Shown piece by piece: positions 10,482-23,317 of a stretch of DNA of 64,000 nt. Within the stretch, counting starts at the first letter, position 1. Every line of letters begins with the position of its first letter. Where the stretch lies: the NCBI GenBank assembly GCA_001600815.1, contig BCKZ01000010.1:389527-453526 (forward strand). The letters run 5' to 3'. The notes beneath the pieces were generated by a model that had not been told where the DNA came from, did not search any database, and worked only from the letters and a program-made list of their open reading frames with translations. The stretch is from Alloascoidea hylecoeti. Its lineage: Eukaryota. The position numbers and the translations under genes were made by a program.

Positions 10482-13162
10482 CTAGTTAAAATATTCTAAA
10501 ACGGATTCAAATTTCTTTCCTAACAATTCTTTTCTAATTTTTCTTAATTCTTCAATCTCTGAAGCGCTCAAGCTTTCGGTTTGAAGTATATTATTAATAA
10601 TAGTTTTGGCTTTGGTTTTAATATTGCGAGTAGGCGTTCCAATTGGTGTAGTATTAGTAGTATCGACCGTTACTATTGATTTATCAGTAGAAATATTTTG
10701 GGGTTCCTCTGATATTACTATACTTTTTTCTTGGTCTATATCAGTAGAAGTGTTTCCGTTTAAATTTTCATAAAACGTATCATTCACATGTTTGCTAGCT
10801 GATATTAATAAGTCTATCTCCGAAAAACAAATACTACCTTCCTGAAAGGAGCATAATCCCTTTAATGCGTATTCTTCTCTTTCTTTCAAGGATTGTATAT
10901 TTAATAACAGTTTTGAGGACAAAATCTCATTACTAACAATATTTTCATATTCTTTTAATATATCAGAAGGACTCTCATTTAATACCCCAAAAGAAAGTAC
11001 ATTACTAGTATTAGGGAGTTGATTAATCTTGTCATTAATAGTTATGATTTCAAATTGTTCGTCTTTCTTGGTGTCCTCTTCAATCTCGAACTCTTTACTA
11101 TGATTAATCGATTCAAGTTCAGTAGATTTTTTAGCTACTATGATTTCAGCTGAGGGAGACTTTGGAGATGTAAATTTAGTCGAGGGAGATAGTGGAGGTG
11201 TAATTTTAATTGATGGATATGACGCTTTTTTAAGAAATCCATTGAGAGTCATCTGTGAAGAATTTGAAGAAGGTCGTCTTTTACTCCAAACTCTCTTCTT
11301 TGCTTTTCTTTTTTTCAATATTGGCATTATTTCTTGTTCTTCTTCTATTTTAGGAGATTCTTCTGGCCATGGAGTTTCGTGTAATTGATCTAGATAATCT
11401 CTATATCCTGTAGCATTATCAACAGTTGTAGTTTTTTCATCATTATCTCTAATTTCAATATCACCATTGTTTTTAAATCCTCTTCGTAAATATACATCAA
11501 TCTTTTTCGTCGTTTTTAATCTTCTATATCTACTAATGGGAAGCAAATCATCAGCGTGCAAAGGACACTTGAATTTCTTACCTAAAGTTGATAATGATGC
11601 TAAAGGAGGATCTAAACAATCAAAATGGAAATAAGAAGAGCAATAATCACAATTCTGTATAGGTCCATGTAACGCAGAAGTTCTACATCGATGACATAAA
11701 ATTGGTTTACCTTTTTTATCAAAAAGCTTCAAAGGATCAGGCTCTTCTTGAACACCAGACTTTACTAATTTGGGCGGTTTCATAGATTCATCCACATATC
11801 TACCAAAATCATCTGTTTTAACTCCGGAAAACATCTCTCTGATGCTTCCTGGGAGTTTAAAAGTTTCACAGTTTTGACATTCGATTTTTTGTATTAATGG
11901 ACTGAATATTGAATTAGGAAAAAATGGTCCAACTGATTGACTCTAATTGATTTTTCAGGTTAATAACTTGACTTCTATTTTCCTTCGAAAAGGGGAGAAC
12001 AGATTATACTTACTCTTTTGGCTTCACAATTTCTACAAAGCCACTCCCCATCGGGTAAATCAGCTTCATCTTCAAAAGGAGGATCACAGCATGTTAAATG
12101 AAACGCTCCACGGCACGAATCACAACATAACAAATTTCCTGGTTCGCCACAACAGGTACAAGTCTCGTCATTTTTCTAAAAACAATTTTGATTAGTATTT
12201 TTCAGTTTAAATCATAAGAGAATATTTTTGATTATTATCCAGCATACATCTGTAGATTCACCATTTGAGTTATTATTGGATTTTGCCCTAGATGTTTTCG
12301 ATATATCAAGAACAACCCCGAACCAAGGGTTTGGACGATTGATTTGTTGTCCACTAAAATATTAATATCTATAGTTAGTTTTCCTTCCCTATTTTAGAGG
12401 TTTCTTTTTAAAGAAAGATACATACGATTGCATTTTTATCCGTCTCCTTTTTGTTCTTGGAGTTTCCGGGTTTGTAGGTGGCTCGATTGAGGGACTTAGT
12501 CCTCGTCCAAGAAGATTTATGCTAGTTGGTGAATCCCTAAGCGTAGTAAAAGAGAGTTGATACTCAGAAGAAGGCGTTAGCCCAGATTTAGATCCATTAT
12601 TCAATTCAAGAGTGCTAATAGTAGATCGTATTGTACTAGGGTGTGTTAATGATTCAGAAATATTTGTGATCAAGGACTTGTCAAGTTTTTCTTTTATAAA
12701 CTCCACAGATTGATTCTGAGGGGTTATGATAAATGAATACCCATTCTGCTGATCCACGTAATTGTCGGTCAGATTATCTATTCCACCACTCAGAATATCT
12801 TGTTGATTGGAATCACTTGTGTATGACGCTGGTGATGCTGGGGCAGTACCATTTGGTGTCGACGATGTTGATGAAGTCGTTCTTCTCCTCCGAGTATCTA
12901 TTTTGACCATAGATCCATCTTTATTATTTTCCAAGTCCTGATGAGTATCACTATCACTATTGAGATCATTTATGATCCCCGAATTTCTTCCAGTTTGTAG
13001 TACATCCAGTTTCTTCGGATTTGACTTACGGTTTCGTTTGTTCTTTCCACTGGTACGACGATTCTTGCCCTTTTTAGAAGAAGGAGGTAGTGCTTCCAAA
13101 GGGTATTTAGTAATACTTAATGTAGGAACCGCTAAAGGTGGTTCTTTCCATTCCTCTAACAT
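10482..13162 (-). CDS. RCO1: Double PHD-finger Rpd3S subunit Rco1; 4 exons (13162-12426, 12353-12248, 12175-12014, 11942-10482)
   Basis: GT..AG introns restore one frame; PHD1 NDETCTCC..NLLCCDSCRGAFHLTCCDPP..GEWLCRNC; PHD2 CHRC..CDYCSSYFHFDCLDPPL..CPLH; FKLP.SIR.MFSGV and NNGDIEI motifs. Confidence 0.85.
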
Positions 13163-13927
13163 TTCTCAAACCGGCAAAAAATTATTATAAAATATTTCAC
13201 CTCTTAGTAAATGTCGTGTCGATATTAAATTTAAAAAAAATAAGTTTGCTATGTTATTTTCTGTAGGTCAACAACATGAAATTCTACCCCTTTTATAAAA
13301 CTTTGTATTAAATATGGTGGAGTGGGATCAAAAGGTTTATCAGTCTGGTTGTAAAATGACGATTGCAATCTATGATGGAAGAGAAAGTAGAAACCACAAA
13401 AAAAAAAAAAGAAAAAAAATTATTTTTAAAAATTGATAAATAATCATCAATGGATTGGTATTATATACCATACCTACTGAATCTGATTTCTACTACAAAA
13501 TCTAATAAATATCAACAAGGCAGCATAAATCTTATGACGTGTTGACTATTCAAATCTAAAATAATGGAACTTAATGATAGACACATGTTGCCTTCCTAAT
13601 TCAGATCGAGGTTAAGTTAACCAACATGGATTGCACGATAAATATTTTGAATACATAAGTCCTTACTATTAGTCTACAATTGGATAACTTTTGAGATCGT
13701 TAATTAAACCATTATAGTATATACATGAAGAAAACCTTTTCAGAGAACTAATTTTTGTTTTGTTCTGAGGGACAGGTAATTTTAGTATACCTTTTCCTTT
13801 TCAATAAGTCATAAATAATAAAGCCTCTTCAAACATTAATCATCCAGGCGCCATACAAACAAGATGTAAATAAATCATGTATTCCTTTAAAAAATGGCGA
13901 AAGATAAAAAATAGGTTACTACTTGAT

Positions 13928-15183
13928 TTAATCGGCTTTAGGAGTAGGGGCAGGAGCAGCAGTCTTCTTATTTTTCTTCTTGTTAGTCTTTAGTGGTTTA
14001 GATAATAATTCTAAAATCTCTTTATCTTCAATTTTTTTATCTGATTTAATTTGATCAAAGTTAATACTTGGGGAGGTAAATTTAACAATACCATTCTTTG
14101 TAATTGCAACAGTTGTATAAAATTGAGCAATAACTTCACCTTCCTTTTCATAAACAATATCATAAGCATTGATCAAACCATGAGCTTGACATTCTTGAAG
14201 ACCCATTCTACCTTTTTTAGGATCATCAAGGATACGGGTAGTGAAAGGGAATTTACCAGCTTTCTTTTGAATTTCAGAAAAAACAGCACGACTTGCCTTT
14301 AATTTTAATTGATAAGTAGTATCAGTTAATTTATAAATTGTAGTTCTAGTTTCACCTTGTTTAACTTTTCCTTCACCAGTAGATACTAAAATATCGAGAC
14401 CATAAACTTCACCTTCTTCAAAGACAAAATCTTCAACTGAAGATCTTTGAGATTCAGTTGGGTTGATGATAATTTCCTTTTTGCCATCAAGTACATTTTG
14501 ATTTTGATTATGGGAAAGCATACCTTCTAAAGGCTTAACTCCGTATTGAGCAGCAACCTTGTCAACAATTGAGGTGATAGCCCAGTTCTTGTTGCCTGGT
14601 TTAATTGTTCTAATAGCAGCTTCAGATGCGTACCAAGCAGCAGTAATTGCATCAGCAACTTTACCAGTGACTACAGCTTTTCCAACAATAGTAGTTTCAG
14701 AAACAATTGAAGCGTAACCATCAATTTGAGCACCGAGAGTAATTTTAATAACATCACCTTCTTTTAAAGTAACATTTGCTTCATCATCAGCAGTTAAAGG
14801 AGTCAAATGAGCAGCAACGTTATTTGGAGAAATTGCAGTTGGGAAAGCAATACCTTTTGGAATTGAAACTGAAGCCTTTTTAACATTATAGATCTTTTCA
14901 GTTTCTTCTGTAATAAGTTTATCACCTTCAAGAGTTAAATCATAGATTTTTGTACCAGCGACTGCTTTTGATTGGACAACTTTTAAAACTTTTGCGGCAA
15001 TATCACCTGCTGCTCTATATTTTGCGACAACATCAGAGTTGGCAATTGAGGTATCAACTAATGTAAAAATTTGTTAGATCTATAATTTATTATTCATCTT
15101 AACCAAATTACCGAGGGTAAAAAGGGTTATATGCGTATAAATAGGACCCAATTGAATAATTTCATACCTTTTTTTTCGGCCAT
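13928..15183 (-). CDS. PA2G4/Ebp1/Cdb4 (Arx1-related) curved-DNA-binding protein, MetAP fold; exons 15183-15168 and 15057-13928
   Basis: MAEKK|VDTSIANSDVVAKY after removing intron 15167-15058 (GTATGA..CTAAC..TAG); GIAFPTAISPN, LGAQIDGY, YQLKLKASR, basic C-terminus. Confidence 0.9.
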
Positions 15184-15350
15184 TTTTCTTTTTTCACACT
15201 TGTTCAATTATAAAGAAGAATTGGAGGAGATCAAATTTAAAGGAAAAATTTGAACCCGAGATGCACGGATGTTTGCAGGTCAGATGATGTTATTGGATAA
15301 TTATATAAAATGTCAGTTATTTCAACCAAGCAGAAAGACATTATTCAGTC

Positions 15351-16727
15351 ATGTTGAAAGCCATTGGGTCACAAATCAGAGCTCCAACAGTTGCTGCTTC
15401 GAGAATTGCAATTGGGTTCAGATCTCTCTCTTCATCGTCTATTCTTCAGACCAGTAAGAGAGAAAGATTTGTACCATCTCAAGGCACATATCCAAAGGGC
15501 TTCAATGTTGGAGGATCAGCAACTGGTGTAAAGAAAAATGGAGCTTTGGACCTTGCCCTTTTAACCTCAGAAACCGTCTGTTCTGCTGCTTGTGTATTTA
15601 CTCAAAATAAGTTTAGGGCTGCTCCTGTTCAAGTCTCAGCTAAGATCTTAAAGGAAATTTCAGAATTCGATGACTCAACCAAGGGAATTAAAGCCATAGT
15701 CATAAATAGTGGATGCGCCAATGCCGTTACTGGTTCTGGAGGACTAGAAGATGCCAACACAATGGTTAAAACAGTTGATACTTCCCTAGGAACAGCTAAT
15801 GTTGGCACTGGAACATTGGTGATGTCAACAGGGATAATTGGTCAAAGGCTTCAAATTAACAAGATTACGGATGGTATTAAGTCACTAGTCAATCAATTGG
15901 GTTCAACACATGACGATTGGCTGAAAACAGCCGAAGCCATTTGTACTACAGATACGTTTCCTAAATTAGTTTCCAAGACATTCAAAATCAAAGAGGATGG
16001 TCATGAATATTCTATTGCTGGATTGGCTAAAGGTGCTGGGATGATTCATCCAAATATGGCGACTTTACTTGGGTTCTTTGTAACAGATGCTCCAGTATCA
16101 CAAGAAGCGCTTCAAAAGATTTTATCTTATGCTGTTGATAGATCTTTCAATTGCATATCTGTAGATGGAGATACGTCTACAAACGACACAATTGCAGCTC
16201 TTGCCAATGGTGCCAAAGGAGGAGATGTTATCGATATTGGCTCAGAAGGTTATAATGTGCTACAGGAAACAATAATGGGATTTGCACAAGATTTAGCCAA
16301 ACTTGTTGTTAGAGATGGTGAAGGTGCTACAAAGTTTGTAGAGATTGAAGTTGTAGACGCTGAGTCGTATTCTGATGCCAAAAAGATAGCAGCTTCAATT
16401 GCAACTTCTGCCTTGGTTAAAACGGCGTTATACGGTAAAGACGCAAATTGGGGTAGAATCTTATGCGCTACAGGATATTCAGGAGGTTCGGTAGAGCCAG
16501 ATAAAACAAGTGTTTCGTTTGTTCCTGTAGATGGAACACCAGAGCTCAAATTACTGGTGAATGGCGAGCCCGAAAACGTAGACGAGACTCGAGCCAGTGA
16601 AATATTAGAGTCTGAGGATCTCAAGATTCGGGTTGAGGTTGGAACTGGAAAGGGCCATCAAGCTCAATTCTGGACGTGCGATTTCAGCCACGAGTACGTG
16701 ACGATTAATGGGGATTATAGGTCGTGA
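15351..16727 (+). CDS. ARG7: Mitochondrial ornithine acetyltransferase (ArgJ family)
   Basis: Presequence-like N-terminus; [57 protein letters not shown]. Confidence 0.97.
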   Translation: MLKAIGSQIRAPTVAASRIAIGFRSLSSSSILQTSKRERFVPSQGTYPKGFNVGGSATGVKKNGALDLALLTSETVCSAACVFTQNKFRAAPVQVSAKILKEISEFDDSTKGIKAIVINSGCANAVTGSGGLEDANTMVKTVDTSLGTANVGTGTLVMSTGIIGQRLQINKITDGIKSLVNQLGSTHDDWLKTAEAICTTDTFPKLVSKTFKIKEDGHEYSIAGLAKGAGMIHPNMATLLGFFVTDAPVSQEALQKILSYAVDRSFNCISVDGDTSTNDTIAALANGAKGGDVIDIGSEGYNVLQETIMGFAQDLAKLVVRDGEGATKFVEIEVVDAESYSDAKKIAASIATSALVKTALYGKDANWGRILCATGYSGGSVEPDKTSVSFVPVDGTPELKLLVNGEPENVDETRASEILESEDLKIRVEVGTGKGHQAQFWTCDFSHEYVTINGDYRS

Positions 16728-16824
16728 ATATAATTATAAATAGTAGAATAGAATATCATCGGAAAAACCCGTGCACCTTCACTATACACAGAAGCCAACA
16801 CCAAAAAACTCAGCTGTCATAAGA

Positions 16825-18342
16825 ATGGCAACCGCACAGCCCCAATTTTACACCCACCAGCCTCCGATCACAGCATCCAACACACATCCAAATGCCAGGC
16901 AAACTTCCATCTCGAGAATAAAACCTCATTTCTGGAAAAATGCGATTTCTGTCCAGACAAAAACACCATCTTCTTCTTTACCAAGTGACCTTCAACATTA
17001 TGATCAATTTGTTGGTAGAGATCTTTCAAATTTACAGTATTCAGGTCGTCACGCAAATAGATTCCATTTATTAGTTAATTCTTTACAACATGATTTGAAA
17101 TATTATGCGGATTTAAAGAATAAACGGCTCATGGGTCAGATGCTATTGCAGAATAGAAACAGAGGGTTACCGCCAAACACAGGTTGGCCCGAAAATATCT
17201 GGGGAGATGGTTATAGAGGTTATGGCAATGGATGGTCAGAAAATAATCTAAAGATATTGTATTCTCAACAACGAAAAAGGTTCTCACAGATTCCAGAGAA
17301 ATTCTATCGTCAAACAGATTTAGAGAAACAAGGCGGGTTAAATGAAAATTTGGTCCCTGTTAGATTGGATTTTGAATATGAAAGAGATAGAATACAATTA
17401 AGGGATACTTTTACGTGGAATTTAAATGAACAATTAATTTCTGTTGATGATTTTGTTAAATGTACAATGGAAGATTTAAAATTGGATTGGAGAAATAATT
17501 CCATTGTTTCATCAGTAGTTAATAATATTAAGGAACAACTTCAAGATTATCAACAACATATTTATAGACCATCTGAATTTAATAATAACAAATTTAAAAA
17601 AAGAAAATATCAAGAAACTTTAGCTGTTGATGATGATGTTGATTATGATATGAGAATTCTAATTAGGATAGATATTACAAGTGGTCCTAAAACACTTACT
17701 GATCAATTTGAATGGGATATAAATGATCCTGAAAACAATCCTGAAGAATTCGCTTTATGTTTATGTGATGATCTTAGTCTTCCTGGTGAATTTGCAACTG
17801 CAATAGCACATTCTATACGTGAACAATGCCAAATATATACAAAGTGTCTTCATTTGACAGGCTATGCTTTTAGAGGAGACCCTGTAGAGGATGAAGATGT
17901 TCGTGGACATATTCGTGCAATAATCAATCCTGATAGTGTATTGAGACTTAAAAGTTCGCTGAATGATTATACACCTACGGTAAATGAGGTGACAGAACTT
18001 GATCTTAGTAAACTTGATCGAGAAAGAGAAAGAGAAACACGGCGTAAGCGCCGTGCAGTTCGTATTGGAAGAAGAGGTGGCCCACAATTACCTGACTTGA
18101 CTGATATGCCTAAAACTTTTAGAACTCCGGTTATTTCTTCTGTTTTGCCTGGTGCAATAACAGCTCAATTAGAAGCAGGAGATTTGGAAAGTGATCTGGG
18201 ATCAGAATCAAGTGAAAACGAAATAGATACTGGAGGTTTCACAACCGGTAGAGATTTGGTTGTGATAAAGAAGGGGTTTGGACGGTTTTTGGTTACATTC
18301 CATCTATCAAGCAATAAACTTGCAAAAGTTGTAAGAGGATAA
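16825..18342 (+). CDS. SNF5: SWI/SNF subunit Snf5
   Basis: First ATG 16825; LVPVRLDFEYERDRIQLRDTFTWN, DQFEWDI, PGEFATAIAHSIREQ, RRKRR..GRRGG..LPDL. Confidence 0.9.
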   Translation: MATAQPQFYTHQPPITASNTHPNARQTSISRIKPHFWKNAISVQTKTPSSSLPSDLQHYDQFVGRDLSNLQYSGRHANRFHLLVNSLQHDLKYYADLKNKRLMGQMLLQNRNRGLPPNTGWPENIWGDGYRGYGNGWSENNLKILYSQQRKRFSQIPEKFYRQTDLEKQGGLNENLVPVRLDFEYERDRIQLRDTFTWNLNEQLISVDDFVKCTMEDLKLDWRNNSIVSSVVNNIKEQLQDYQQHIYRPSEFNNNKFKKRKYQETLAVDDDVDYDMRILIRIDITSGPKTLTDQFEWDINDPENNPEEFALCLCDDLSLPGEFATAIAHSIREQCQIYTKCLHLTGYAFRGDPVEDEDVRGHIRAIINPDSVLRLKSSLNDYTPTVNEVTELDLSKLDRERERETRRKRRAVRIGRRGGPQLPDLTDMPKTFRTPVISSVLPGAITAQLEAGDLESDLGSESSENEIDTGGFTTGRDLVVIKKGFGRFLVTFHLSSNKLAKVVRG

Positions 18343-18434
18343 TTATAAATCGATCGATATATATTTGTAATATTAATAATTATATTTTTCCGTGTCAGGG
18401 TAACTGTTATGTTTGGGTTCGAGATTTTTTCCAC

Positions 18435-18470
18435 TTAGTAAGTTTAGTAATTGCTCAAAGAGTATAAATA
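18435..18470 (+). promoter_or_regulatory. Two tandem Yap1 response elements (TTAGTAA) plus TATA box of TRR1
   Basis: TTAGTAA at 18435-18441 and 18444-18450; TATAAATA at 18463-18470; TRR1 is an established Yap1 target. Confidence 0.7.
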
Positions 18471-18545
18471 CCACAAATATTTCCAGATTTCCATCTTTGA
18501 AGTTTGAAATATTAATAGTATCAATTATCTAGAAACAAAAAAACA

Positions 18546-19514
18546 ATGGTTCATCACACAGCTACAATTATCGGTTCAGGCCCTGCTGCCCACACCGCCG
18601 CCATCTACTTAAGTCGTGCTGAAGTTAAACCAACCCTTTATGAAGGTTTACTCGCTAATGGAATCGCGGCTGGTGGCCAACTTACTACTACCACGGAGAT
18701 TGAAAATTTCCCTGGTTTCCCCCAAGCCATCTCTGGTACAAAACTCATGGAAGAAATGCGGGAACAATCAACTAGATTTGGAACAGAGATCATTACAGAA
18801 ACTGTTGCAAAAGTTGATCTCAGTTCAAGACCTTTCAAGTTTTGGACAGAGTGGAACGAGGACGCCGAACCAAACACAACAGATGCTTTAATTATTGCCA
18901 CTGGTGCTAGTGCTAAAAGATTAAACTTGCCTGGCGAGGAGACTTACTGGCAACAAGGTATTTCTGCTTGTGCTGTTTGTGATGGTGCCGTTCCAATCTT
19001 CCGAAATAAACCGTTAGCCGTTATCGGAGGTGGTGATTCTGCCGCTGAAGAAGCTTTATTCTTGACCAAATATGGTTCAAAAGTCTATGTTATAGTTAGA
19101 AAAGATTATCTCAGAGCTTCTACAATTATGGCTAAAAGATTAAGCAGTAATCCAAATGTTGAAGTTCTTTATAATACAGTTACATTAGAGGCCAAAGGTG
19201 ATGGAAAACTTCTCAAATCTCTTAGAATCAAAAATGTTAAGTCAAACGAAGAAAGTGATTTACAAGTCAATGGTTTATTCTATGCTATTGGTCACACTCC
19301 TGCCACTTCTATCGTAAAAGAACAATTAGAAACCGATGAAGATGGTTACATTATTACAAAGCCAGGTTCTACCTTCACCTCTGTTGAAGGTGTTTTCGCT
19401 GCTGGTGATGTTCAAGATAAGAGATATAGACAAGCCATTACATCTGCTGGTACTGGTTGTATGGCAGCTTTGGATGCTGAAAAATGGTTAGCTGAACAAG
19501 AAGTTGCAAATTAA
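18546..19514 (+). CDS. TRR1: Thioredoxin reductase
   Basis: [18 protein letters not shown] redox motif, [15 protein letters not shown]. Confidence 0.98.
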   Translation: MVHHTATIIGSGPAAHTAAIYLSRAEVKPTLYEGLLANGIAAGGQLTTTTEIENFPGFPQAISGTKLMEEMREQSTRFGTEIITETVAKVDLSSRPFKFWTEWNEDAEPNTTDALIIATGASAKRLNLPGEETYWQQGISACAVCDGAVPIFRNKPLAVIGGGDSAAEEALFLTKYGSKVYVIVRKDYLRASTIMAKRLSSNPNVEVLYNTVTLEAKGDGKLLKSLRIKNVKSNEESDLQVNGLFYAIGHTPATSIVKEQLETDEDGYIITKPGSTFTSVEGVFAAGDVQDKRYRQAITSAGTGCMAALDAEKWLAEQEVAN

Positions 19515-19801
19515 ATAGAATTTAGATGGATACAGTTTTTGTTTATTATCGATATATGATATACTTTCATCCAGATTTATATAGACGATACATATATAAT
19601 ATAATCCGACTTTGATGACGTTGTATAATTAAATCGAACTTAAGATCTGTGCCATTAAAATTCCGGAGGTTTGAGCAACATCATCAGCGTGAAAGATTAT
19701 ATTAAGGTTTATACATCTACCAGTAGCGGCTTATTAGTGTAAGTGTACCATATATTGATCTATTCAATTGACCAAAATATATCCGTATAATGACAGTATT
19801 G

Positions 19802-21253
19802 CTAATGATCTCTAGCCCTTCTATTCTTCCTCAATTGTAATTCCCGTAAATCGCTTATATCTAGCTCTAATCCACGATTAATAGATGCCAATTTCCCTAA
19901 TTCTTCTGCCATGTCATCTCTAAGTAATTTCAAGTTCTTTTCCCATAATGTGAATCTTTCTTCTTCATCCTCAATAAGAATTTTATATCTCTTTCTTAAT
20001 TTTTCTTCTTGCTCTTTAAATTCCGGATTATGTGACCATTTAGCCATTTTAGCTGCATCAATCATATCTAATGGTGATAATTGTCTCTGTTCCAATTGAT
20101 TATTTTTAATAGCTTCCATTCTTGTTGAACGATATGCTTCATAATATATTTCATCAGTTGCTTGAATTAGATCCAACAAGCATTGCCGTATAAGTAATCT
20201 TCGTAATCTTTTAAAATCATTATGAGTTTCATCATCAACAAAAACAGTTCCCCAAATATATTGCCTTCCTTTAACCAATTTTCCGTCCTTATTCATAACA
20301 TCATGTTCCGAACACATTATACAAAAGGGCATAGCTCGTATTATATCTTTCACCCGTTCCTGGACTGTTGTTGGATCACTAGGTTCAAGAGCTGGGGTGA
20401 AAACCGTAATATCTTGTTCTTCAATCGCCCGGCTTACTCTCTCTTTAAAATTTAATTTCTCTTCTTCAGTTAAAGTATCAGCTCTTGCAATTACGGGTAT
20501 TAAATTAACGATTTTGGATAAACGTTTCATTGAAAGGATATCTAATGGAGTTAGGGAATTAGGTCTTATGAAATAGACACAGGCATGCACTCTTAGATCC
20601 TTAATTGCCGATCTATCTGGTTGCATTTCTTGCTTTAAATATGATTCATATTGATCAGTGATGAAATCATAAGGGGCAAAGATCGAAGATTCATTATTTA
20701 TACTATCTCCAAATCCTTCAGTTTTGATGATGTTTAACCTTAAAGAAAAGCCTGATTCTGTCAGGACTGTTCTTGTTATTTCGATCTTTGTTTTGTGAGG
20801 AAAAGTGTGGGAATACCTTTCCGAAATATCGTAACTCTCAACAAGTTTTGTTCTGAATAGATTATTTATAAATGTAGTTTTTCCTGTTTAAATAAGAACC
20901 AAAGGTTAGTTATAAAAAGGCATTCAATTAATGTTATATTAGTATCCAAATAAATGGGAAACTTCGAATATCAAAGTATATAACAAATAAGCATACCTAA
21001 ACCCGGTTCGCCTGTTACCATAAGATTGTAAACAGCTCCCTTCCTCGCAAAAATCTTACGGCTGTGATATTGTTTATATATTAGTCAAATCGTGCACGGT
21101 ACAATATAGGACTAATGCCTGCATTGTATTTATTCAGGGGATCCTCGACCGGAATAAATCTTAATTATTCTAATGATAATATTTTACTTACGCTTGAAAA
21201 GGTAAATTTTTTAGTTCTAATGGATATTGAACTTCTGGCTTCTTTGATGTCAT
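19802..21253 (-). CDS. Divergent CDC12-class septin (possibly SPR3-type); exons 21253-21192, 21061-20997, 20883-19802
   Basis: Spliced product MTSKKPEVQYPLELKNLPFQARKIFARKGAVYNLMVTGEPGLGKTTFINNLF; DLRVHACVYFIRP; GRQYIWG; Cdc12-like tail NPEFKEQEEKLRKRY..EEERF..WE. Confidence 0.85.
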
Positions 21254-23317
21254 TCCTTTATTGATGTTTAGTTATAAATTATTAGTGGAGATGATGTAGT
21301 TATTTATTATGATTTAGTCTTGAGAAGAATCTGCCTGAGCTGAAATTATTATAAGAAGCATTGCGTGGCCGTGGTGCTACTGGCAGCTGTACTACAATAG
21401 CTAGATAATTGCACTAGGTGCATTTATGTCTTGCTATAAAATATTATTATATTATTATCTGGTTTCAGGCCATTCTTCAAAATGCTATTCTAAAAACCAT
21501 ATTTACGGACTCTAGATCACCGATGAGCTTGAGCTAGAGCATACATAAGTTCTTAAAAAATCATCAATACATTTAAAATTGTTTGCGACCCGTATATAAA
21601 CTAAAAACATAGCATACGACAGCTCTGGTTTTAAAATGTAATGTTTAATAAAAAACAATATTAATATTTTTATGAGAAAATCATCATCTAGATCTATTGT
21701 AATAATTCGAGATATAGGCCTGGATATGGCTTGAAATAACATTTTGGAATTATAAATTACCGGATCATTTGTAATATTGATGAAATACTGATCTGCAGCG
21801 GCAATTAAAGGCTTATCATTCCTTTTGGTAGTATTGTATATTAGTACAATAAATGATCTCAAAAATCTAGAAATACAATTTCTACAAGCATAGAAATTGC
21901 AACTAAACGATCATAATTATAGAACTCGTAATTAATAGAAAGCGAACAGAATGATAGAAATAATATCATGATGTGTTGAAGGGTGAATAGCTCAGAATCT
22001 TTAACTTAAGCTTGCAACTAGCAATTTAGCATAGGCTATGGTGTATCTGTGCCCCATCCCATCGATAGGCAAAAAACAAAAATTCATACTGCATCGATCC
22101 ATTTTTCTCCACTTTCAACTCTCAATATTTTTAACATTTTGCATACATGATCCCCTCACCTTAATCCTTCATACATCCAAGTTTTCAAAACAGTTTATAG
22201 AAATCTTTCGAAAAGTTCACTTTTTAAGATAAATGTAAGGAGTCTATGGGCGTTTAGATATTCAAACCCGAGTGAAACATACAAAACTTCTAGGAAATGT
22301 ATACGTAGTTAATGGGTTGAATCATAAGAACCTGTTTTTAGAACTTCGGCACATTTGGAATAGCTACACAGCAGCAATTGTGTATAGCAATTTGCTAACT
22401 TATTTAAATCATAGGATCAGATGAAGATTTCGACAGATTTTACAATTTGGAAAGGTTGCTTCCTGTTGTTGGGCTGTGCGCTTATTGTTACGGCCTACAG
22501 CACTGCAGTACATGTATTCGACAAACGTTATAGAGGATATGGATATTACAAATAACAACGATGGACAGGTCTTACATGCCACCAATATTCATAAATACCC
22601 CTCAAAACTTTTTAATGACATGAATCTATTATATAGTGTTAGTCAACTCATTTCTTTGAAATTGATATTCTTTTCAATCCTAATTAATATAACATCATCT
22701 TCTGTAAAAGTTGCAACTGAGCAGTTGTTGAATTCCAAAGGTACGACTGGTAGAGTTACAATAATGAGCAACAATCTCGTGCGGGAAATGTGACCTCACC
22801 ACCAAAATCACTTCGATTATATATTAAAGACGACGAAAGGTAAATAATTGGCAAATATAAATCTTCTCCTTTTAAGTTAATATTCACACCTCTCTACCAT
22901 ATTATTTGTCCCTATCTTTTAACTATGTAGGCCTCCAAATTTTGCGGTCACACAAATATTTAAGAAATACAGTAACATGGCGTTTGTGATATAATTACGT
23001 GCATAATAACGATAAACACTACTATACCTGGATGAGTGCATGCTTATGGAATCTGATCTATTTCTATATAGCGTATAATGGATAGTTGCATGCATATTAT
23101 TCGGAGACCAAAATTTTGTTCATTTTTAGTGGGATACACCATGGTTTGTGTTTATCTTATAAGATCTACTTGCAACTTACAGTTTGGAATTGATACCTTA
23201 GCTACATTCAAAAACAGATAAAGTAAAGTAAAAAATTAATAACTAGCTAAAGCATGATTAATTATTACCATATCATCAAAATCATATTATATATGTATAT
23301 TAGGGTTATATTGAATA

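Noticed and set aside
13200..13900. Possible C/D snoRNAs between RCO1 and the PA2G4-like gene
   Set aside because: No convincing paired C/D boxes with terminal stem or rRNA guide; would need Infernal.
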